Shown: piece after piece, positions 57,879 to 64,000 of the stretch | Numbering within the stretch: the stretch's first letter is position 1 | How the letters are laid out: every line of letters begins with the position of its first letter | From: Verrucomicrobiales bacterium | Lineage (GTDB): Bacteria; Verrucomicrobiota; Verrucomicrobiia; Verrucomicrobiales; SLCJ01 | Reading direction: 5' to 3' | NCBI GenBank assembly: GCA_046075565.1 | Contig: JBJTQJ010000119.1 | Location: 1-64,000, forward strand | DNA: 64,000 nt | Notes under the pieces: generated by a model | Told to the model about the DNA's origin: nothing | The model's database searches: none | The model's input: the letters and a program-made list of their open reading frames with translations, nothing else | Made by a program: the position numbers and the translations under genes

Positions 57879-58163
57879 TGGACGCACAATCTAACCCGGA
57901 TTCCCGCGCTGCCAAGGGTGGGACTGCGCAGATTCCGTTATTCCTGTGAGTGACGTAGAAGTTCAAGGGGATTGCGTCCGCGAGCGGCCGATGAGCCCGA
58001 AGACTGCTCCCCCTGGCACGGCGAGATCGAGTCCGCTCGCGGCATACACGCCGCCGTGCGGACCGGAGTCCGCCTCTTCCTAGCCAAAGCAGCTCTTCCA
58101 GAGGGAGAGCCTTTTGGTCTAGAATTTGCTTGTTTCGGGCCGTCGATCTTGTAAAGAGAGCGT

Positions 58164-59345
58164 ATGAGAATTCTTGCGAAATGCATCCCCGCCTTAGCGG
58201 GAATGGCCCTTCTGGCCGCGGGTGCGTGGGCCGCGATGGATGCGCCGGCCAAGGTCATTCCGCTCAAGGGCAAAGCGGCGGCGGTGAGCGCGCTCTTGGT
58301 AGTGGATCTGGAGGGCGCGGATATGGCGGGCTTTTCGCAAGCACTGACCGCGAATGCCATCGAGACGGGGAACAGATCACCGATGGGCTATCGTTTCAAT
58401 CAGGAAGTCGGCCCCGACATGGAACGGGCCTTGGATTCGGCGGTGCGCGGTTTGCAACTCCGCCACGGAGCCTGGCCGCGCGGACAATCGGTGGAGTTCA
58501 CTTTCCGCGAAAAGTATTCGCCGAAGGACGGGCCATCGGCGGCGACGGCCTGCGCGTTGATCCTTGATTCCTTGATCACGGGTGATGCGCTCGATGAGAC
58601 ATTCGCCGTCACGGGCGACATGAACAGCGATTTAACGGTCCAGCCGGTGGGTGGTGTGCCGAGTAAAATCCGCGGCGCGGCCAAAGGCGGAAGTAAAATG
58701 GTGGCGGTCCCGAAGGCCAATGTCCGTGATGTGGAAGATATGGTGGTCATGGATGGTTTCGCCGCCATCGGCAACACGCAGATTTTCTCCATCGCCACTT
58801 TCGATGAAGCGAGGGCGTTGGCCGTGAAGGAAAGAAGCGCGGCGGTCAAGGTCAGCATCGATGAATTCGCGAAGCTGCAATCCGGACAAGTGAAGTTGCG
58901 CACGCCGGAGGGAAAGGCGCTCATCGACGGGATTCTGCAGAAAACGCCGAACCATCTCTCGGCCGATCTCATGCGCCGATTGCAAACGGGCAAAGCGCCC
59001 ACGCGATTGTCCTTGGTCGGATCCATCGATGTGGTGCGCCGGACTACCGCTCCTTTCTTCAATGCCCTCAACGAGGACCGCGCCTACACCATTAACGGCC
59101 CGGCTTTTGAAAAGGCCATGACCACGCTGTCGGGACTCGGCAACAAGCTCGACTTGAAGGTCACGCCCTATCACAATGCCATGATCGATTTCCTCACGTT
59201 CGCGCGCCGCTACGTGGACAAGGACATCAGCAACCGCACCGAATACGCCCGGTTTCGCGAGGACCTGGAGAAGCGGATCAACCGCGTGAACGAGGAATGG
59301 AAAAAACTCCTGCGCGATCCGGCCGTGGTCGAAGCGATAAAGTGA
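58164..59345 (+). CDS. Signal-peptide-bearing Lon-type S16 protease domain protein (no ATPase)
   Basis: KDGPSA, AVTGD, PVGGVPSKIRGA, VPKAN; Sec-like N-terminus; no Walker motifs. Confidence 0.82.
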   Translation: MRILAKCIPALAGMALLAAGAWAAMDAPAKVIPLKGKAAAVSALLVVDLEGADMAGFSQALTANAIETGNRSPMGYRFNQEVGPDMERALDSAVRGLQLRHGAWPRGQSVEFTFREKYSPKDGPSAATACALILDSLITGDALDETFAVTGDMNSDLTVQPVGGVPSKIRGAAKGGSKMVAVPKANVRDVEDMVVMDGFAAIGNTQIFSIATFDEARALAVKERSAAVKVSIDEFAKLQSGQVKLRTPEGKALIDGILQKTPNHLSADLMRRLQTGKAPTRLSLVGSIDVVRRTTAPFFNALNEDRAYTINGPAFEKAMTTLSGLGNKLDLKVTPYHNAMIDFLTFARRYVDKDISNRTEYARFREDLEKRINRVNEEWKKLLRDPAVVEAIK

Positions 59346-59414
59346 GAGCTCACCGAGTGCCGGTAAATGCACTTTTCCGGTGACAATCCTCACCGCCCCC
59401 GCTAGGATGATGTC

Positions 59415-59888
59415 ATGATCGACATGCTGGTGCGGCTTTATGATTTGCCCGACGCGGGCGATCTCTTTTCCCACATTGCCGACCAGGGCATCATCCTGCG
59501 GCGACCCGGGGCCTACGAAAAACACCTCGTTGCAGGCTGGGCGGGTGATATGTTCAGTCCGAAGTGGAAGAGCGAATGTGAGGTCGCCTTCTCCCGGCAG
59601 CCGGTCTCTTGTTTCATCGCGACGAGAGAGAAGAAGATTCTTGCCTTCGCCTGTTATGAAACGACCTGCCGGGGATTCTTCGGACCCATGGGGGTGGATC
59701 CCAACGCGCGCGGCACCGGGCTCGGCAAGGCCATCCTGTTGATGACCCTGGCCGCCATGCGCGATGAAGGCCACGCCTACGCCATCATCGGTGGCGTCGG
59801 ACCGAAGGAGTTCTATGCACGGACCGTCGGGGCCTTCGAGATCCCCGGCTCCGATCCGGGCATCTACCGCGACATTCTTCCGGGCTGA
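59415..59888 (+). CDS. GNAT acetyltransferase
   Basis: FGPMGVDPNARGTGLG, GHAYAIIG, EFY. Confidence 0.9.
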   Translation: MIDMLVRLYDLPDAGDLFSHIADQGIILRRPGAYEKHLVAGWAGDMFSPKWKSECEVAFSRQPVSCFIATREKKILAFACYETTCRGFFGPMGVDPNARGTGLGKAILLMTLAAMRDEGHAYAIIGGVGPKEFYARTVGAFEIPGSDPGIYRDILPG

Positions 59889-59955
59889 GGAATCCGATTC
59901 ATCTCCCGCCTTGCGCGGCGGGCCGATTGCGGGCATGATCCCGGGTTTCACCTTC

Positions 59956-61470
59956 ATGGCCGCGCCGACTCCCCTGCTTCCTACTTTTGATGATTTCCGC
60001 CCGCTAGCGGAGTCCGGCCGGCTCGTGCCCGTTTTCACGCAGCTCACGTCCGATTTTGAGACCCCGCTGGCCGCCTATTGCCGCATCCGGGATGGCGCGC
60101 ACAGTTTCCTGCTCGAATCGGCGGAAAGCTCGGAAACCATCGGGCGGTATTCGTTTCTGGGCACGGCCCCGCGTTTGGTGATGACGCAACGCGGAAAAGA
60201 AGTCACGCTGGAAGATGAGCAGGGAAAACGTGTCCACCAGACCGACCGCGACCCGCTCGCCGAACTGGAGGCACTCATGGCTCCCTACCGTCCGGTGGAT
60301 GCCCGGACATTCGGTCTCCCGCTTTTCACCGGCGGTGCGGTCGGATACCTAGGATTCGACTGTGTGCGCTATTTCGAGCCGGTGGTCGGTGAACCGCCAC
60401 CCGATGTGCTCGGTTTGCCCGATGCGGTTTTCCTGATCACCGACACGCTGGTGATTTTTGATCATCTGCTGCGCCGCATCACCGTGCTGGCCAATGTGCT
60501 CGTCGGCGAGGGAGAAACCGCCGAAGCCGCCTACGAACGCGGGCGCGCCAAAATCGATGACTTGCTCGCGCGGTTGCAGGCCCCGATCGCCACTCCGGTC
60601 TTCAATACCCTGCGGCCCCCGACCACGGCCACCGAGGCCACCAGCAACACAACCCGCGAGGAATTCCACGCCATGGTCCACCGAGCCAAGGAATACATCC
60701 TTGCCGGTGACATTTTCCAAGTCGTGCCGTCGCAGCGGTTCAGCACACCCTTCGATGGCGATCCGGTGGATCTTTATCGCGCCCTGCGGCACGTCAATCC
60801 TTCGCCCTACATGTTCCTGCTTGAGTTTCCCAACCGCCTCGCGCTGGTCGGTAGCTCGCCGGAGGTGCATGTGCGTTGTCTGGAAGGGAAAATCGAAATC
60901 CGCCCCATCGCTGGCACCCGCTGGCGCGGAAAAACACCCGAAGAAGACCAGGCCCTTGCGGACGATTTGCTCGCCGATCCCAAGGAATGCGCCGAACACC
61001 TCATGCTCGTCGATCTCGCACGCAACGACGTCGGCCGCATCGCGGATTTCGAATCGGTGAAGGTGCGCGACTTCATGATCATCGAACGCTACAGCCATGT
61101 CATGCACATCGTCTCGCATGTCACCGGGCAGCTCAAGCAAGGGCATACCGCGTATGATGTCATGCGAGCCACCTTCCCGGCCGGCACGGTCAGCGGTGCC
61201 CCGAAAGTGCGCGCCGTGCAGATTCTCTACGGACTCGAAAAGCACAAACGCTGCGCGTATGCGGGGGCGGTCGGTTATTTCGGTTTCGATGGCAACCACG
61301 ACTCGTGTATCACGCTGCGCACCTGCGTATTGAACCAGGGTATGGCCCATGTCCAGGCCGGAGCGGGCGTCGTCGCCGATTCCGATCCCGAATACGAATA
61401 CAACGAGACCATCAACAAGGCCCGCGGCATGCTGCGCGCCCTCGAAACCGCCCGCGGCATCCGCGCCTGA
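59956..61470 (+). CDS. trpE: Anthranilate synthase component I
   Basis: [52 protein letters not shown]. Confidence 0.95.
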   Translation: MAAPTPLLPTFDDFRPLAESGRLVPVFTQLTSDFETPLAAYCRIRDGAHSFLLESAESSETIGRYSFLGTAPRLVMTQRGKEVTLEDEQGKRVHQTDRDPLAELEALMAPYRPVDARTFGLPLFTGGAVGYLGFDCVRYFEPVVGEPPPDVLGLPDAVFLITDTLVIFDHLLRRITVLANVLVGEGETAEAAYERGRAKIDDLLARLQAPIATPVFNTLRPPTTATEATSNTTREEFHAMVHRAKEYILAGDIFQVVPSQRFSTPFDGDPVDLYRALRHVNPSPYMFLLEFPNRLALVGSSPEVHVRCLEGKIEIRPIAGTRWRGKTPEEDQALADDLLADPKECAEHLMLVDLARNDVGRIADFESVKVRDFMIIERYSHVMHIVSHVTGQLKQGHTAYDVMRATFPAGTVSGAPKVRAVQILYGLEKHKRCAYAGAVGYFGFDGNHDSCITLRTCVLNQGMAHVQAGAGVVADSDPEYEYNETINKARGMLRALETARGIRA

Positions 61471-61487
61471 GCCCATCTAACAAATCC

Positions 61488-62051
61488 ATGCTTCTCGTCA
61501 TCGACAACTACGATTCCTTCACCTACAACCTCGTCCAGTATTTCGGCGAGTTGGGGGCGGAGGTGGTCGTGCGCCGCAACGACGAGATCGACCTCGCCGG
61601 CATCCGCACCCTCGCGCCGGAACGCATCTGCGTTTCCCCCGGACCTTGCACGCCTAACGAAGCCGGGATCAGTTGTGAAGTCATCCGCGAATTCGGGCCG
61701 CGTTTGCCGGTGCTCGGTGTTTGCCTCGGCCACCAGGCCATCGGCCAGGTCTTCGGCGGTGACGTCGTGCGCGCCCCGCGTCTCATGCACGGTAAGACCT
61801 CGATGATCGAACACGACGGCAAGGGCGTCTTCGCCGGTCTCAGCAATCCCTTCCAGGCCACGCGCTACCACTCGCTCATCATCGATCCACCGAGTGTACC
61901 CGCCGACCTCGAAGTCTGCGCTTGGACCGCCGAAAAAGAAATCATGGGCGTGCGCCACCGCGTCCATCCCATCCACGGCGTGCAATTCCACCCCGAAAGT
62001 ATTCTGACGCTCGAAGGAAAGAAGATCCTGGCGAATTTCTTGGGGATGTGA
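61488..62051 (+). CDS. trpG: Anthranilate/ADC synthase component II (glutamine amidotransferase)
   Basis: [35 protein letters not shown]. Confidence 0.95.
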   Translation: MLLVIDNYDSFTYNLVQYFGELGAEVVVRRNDEIDLAGIRTLAPERICVSPGPCTPNEAGISCEVIREFGPRLPVLGVCLGHQAIGQVFGGDVVRAPRLMHGKTSMIEHDGKGVFAGLSNPFQATRYHSLIIDPPSVPADLEVCAWTAEKEIMGVRHRVHPIHGVQFHPESILTLEGKKILANFLGM

Positions 62052-62136
62052 GCGAAGCTGTCCAAGGATAGCGGCGCGAAGCGAAAGGTGGCGTTGTTTT
62101 GAGAGGGGATGCCACCACCCGGAGGAGAGTCAGCGA

Positions 62137-62231
62137 CGGTCACAGACACGCCGCTACAGGATTGAAATGGGCTACCGCCGATGGGCCGCCCCTTGGCTAT
62201 CTCTGGCACTGTAGCGGCGTGTCTGTGACCG
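62137..62231. repeat. Perfect 23-bp inverted repeat pair (GTAG REP-like doublet)
   Basis: CGGTCACAGACACGCCGCTACAG (62137-62159) / CTGTAGCGGCGTGTCTGTGACCG (62209-62231). Confidence 0.8.
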
Positions 62232-62297
62232 CCGGTAAATTCCGGAAGCAAGGTTGAGATTGACAACTCGTGGTCGATCTTGTCACCTGTGGTCAGG

Positions 62298-63422
62298 GTG
62301 AGACCTTTCCTCTCCACAGGCCTTCTGCTTTTTCTGCTCGCCACCGCATTGTGCCGGGCGGATGGGAAGATGTATTCCAGAATCGATGAGCCGCCCGTTG
62401 GATTGCCCTACCAGCGCGCGGTCATCTTCCACAATGAGGGCAAACAAACCCTCTTCCTCCAGAGCATGCTAGCTCCCGGATTGGGGGCCATCGAATCCGA
62501 GGTCGCATGGGTGGTGCCGGTGCCCTCGATGCCCGAGGTCGGTATACTGCGGACCGATACGAGCGAATCCACGACACGGTTTGTGTTCCGCCATCTCGCC
62601 CGAGTGAGCGGTCCGAAGGTGCACAAAGTGTCTTTCATCTTGCTCACGATCGTGTTTTGGGTCGCTTTCTCGGTCTGGACCTATCTCGTCTTCGATATTC
62701 TTCGCTTTCGTTATGGAGCACGCACCGGCTACAGCCGATTCTCCCCTAAGACGGAGTCGGTAATTCTTTAACTGTATTTCTTTCTCCTGCCCTTAATCAT
62801 CCTTATCGATTTCTCAAGATTCGGTGACGAGCCCCGTGGCTTGTCTGATCATGGGGTGCACAGCGTGGCTGATGGCCGGGTTGGTCGTATCGATTATAAG
62901 GTGGTGCTTCCGACGGATCCCGAAGCCTTGGAAAAATGGCTGAGGGAAAATGGTTATGGTTTCGCGGAAGGTGATCGGGTGCCCATTGCCGCCTACGTGA
63001 AGGCGGGCTGGCATTTCGTGGTTCTTCGCCTCAAGGTAGCAGTTGGGGAGAAGTTGGCTGCGCCGGATCCGATCCTCCTTCGTTTCGATGCCCCGAAGCC
63101 CATCTATCCACTTGCTCTCACCGCCACCGTCGGACAACCCGTGGAGGTGCTTCTCCATGTGTTTTCCTCCGGTCCAGTGGATGCGAGCAATGGCATGAAA
63201 ATGCGTTTCTCAGGTAATGTAGCAAGAGCACTAACCGATCAGTGGTATGAATTCTACAATGCCGAGCCGGAGGGGTTCTTTCCCCTGACCTCATGGGAAT
63301 TCCGCTTGCCCCACCTTACGACCTTCAAGGAAACCCTCACGCCCGAGCGCATGCGCGAGGACATCGTCTTCCGTCCGGCCCGCGATCCGACGCCCCTTCG
63401 CGAGGAGAGGTGGGAATGGTAG
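62298..63422 (+). pseudogene. DUF2330-like membrane protein interrupted by an in-frame TAA
   Basis: ORFs 62280-62771 and 62841-63422 share a frame; one TAA (62769-71) splits a hydrophobic helix ESVIL*LYFFLLPLIILI; motifs QRAVI, AWVVPVP, WLRENGY, PIYPLALT. Confidence 0.7.
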
Positions 63423-63471
63423 GGCTGGCTCGTTTCGGCCTTGGGTGGAAGGACGTGGCAGCCCACCCACC

Positions 63472-63599
63472 CGGCACGGGAAGCGTTGCCGCTACATTTC
63501 CGGCGTAGCGGAACGCCTTCGCGTTCCGATGGGGGAGGACGTCGCATCTGAAGAGAGGTGGAGCGTCGTTTGCCCGGCCCGGGAAGCCGTGCCGCTACT
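63472..63599. repeat. Cluster of three GTAGCGG-headed REP-like palindromes
   Basis: CGGCACGGGAAGCGTTGCCGCTAC, GTAGCGGAACGCCTTCGCGTTCCG, GGGAAGCCGTGCCGCTAC. Confidence 0.55.
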
Positions 63600-63679
63600 T
63601 GCCCGGAGTCTGCCCCTCGACGGCCAAAGAAAGAGATTCCCCTTCCCACACGCGGGCGTGCGGCGTAATGATGGCGCGA

Positions 63680-64000
63680 ATGACTTATTTCCAATACCAT
63701 CTCGTTTTCAACCTTCCCGCGCTGCTGCTCCTGTTGTGGCTGAATCGCGGGCGGATGGGGGCGACGAAGTGGAAGTGGACCGGAGTCGTCGGGTTGATCG
63801 CCTTTCTTTTCACGACCCCTTGGGACAACTGGGCGGTGCATCAGGGCATGTGGGGATTCAATTGGGATGAGGTAGTGCCGATTTCCATTCCTGTACAAGG
63901 GGTGGTCTATCGCCTCCCGCTCGAGGAGTATGCCTTTTTCCTGATTGAAACCATCAATGTTTGTTTGCTGGTGAATCTGTTTTTGCCGAAGCCTGTCGCC
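63680..64000 (+). CDS. Lycopene cyclase domain protein (CrtYc/Yd type), 3' truncated
   Basis: Hand translation: MTYFQYHLVFNLP...FTTPWDNWAVHQGMWGF...LPLEEYAFF; runs off the window so absent from the ORF track. Confidence 0.85.
   Translation, partial: MTYFQYHLVFNLPALLLLLWLNRGRMGATKWKWTGVVGLIAFLFTTPWDNWAVHQGMWGFNWDEVVPISIPVQGVVYRLPLEEYAFFLIETINVCLLVNLFLPKPVA

Noticed and set aside
57978-58042. CCGCGAGCGG/CCGCTCGCGG inverted repeat between argC and the protease gene, as an ARG box or RNA
   Set aside because: GC-rich and unlike AT-rich ARG boxes; single occurrence; most likely a decayed REP.

Overview
GC-rich bacterial chromosome segment. The gene repertoire and style (long GreA, three-domain IspG, tandem PilB/GspE ATPases, sulfatase, GH78/GH106, DUF1080) suggest Verrucomicrobiota; this is an inference. 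The window opens on the 3' end of an IS3-family element. Most of it is housekeeping: pta-like, hisK, folP, nth, ispF, greA, eno-ftsB, thiS-dnaG-rpoD, rseP-ispG-menH, bioB, menF-like, argCJ, trpEG. It also holds a type IV pilus/T2SS-like operon, a LOG/deaminase/CYTH nucleotide cluster, a frameshifted PIN toxin-antitoxin pair, a rhamnosidase locus and a partial lycopene cyclase gene at the right edge. Strongest leads: (1) two rhamnosidases interleaved with an exported Gfo/Idh/MocA + TIM-barrel + DUF1080 trio resembling the 3-keto glycoside cleavage pathway; (2) unannotated structured-RNA candidates (an ECF-type promoter plus terminator sRNA, a 6S-like rod, and structured leader and trailer around a histone H1-like gene); (3) an anti-sigma-like membrane gene directly behind rpoD; (4) mosaic GGAG/GTAG REP-like repeats, one unit copied about 49 kb away; (5) repeated promoter-to-start spacing typical of leaderless mRNAs. 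No rRNA, tRNA or CRISPR array was seen. All calls come from reading motifs by eye; no database searches were run.
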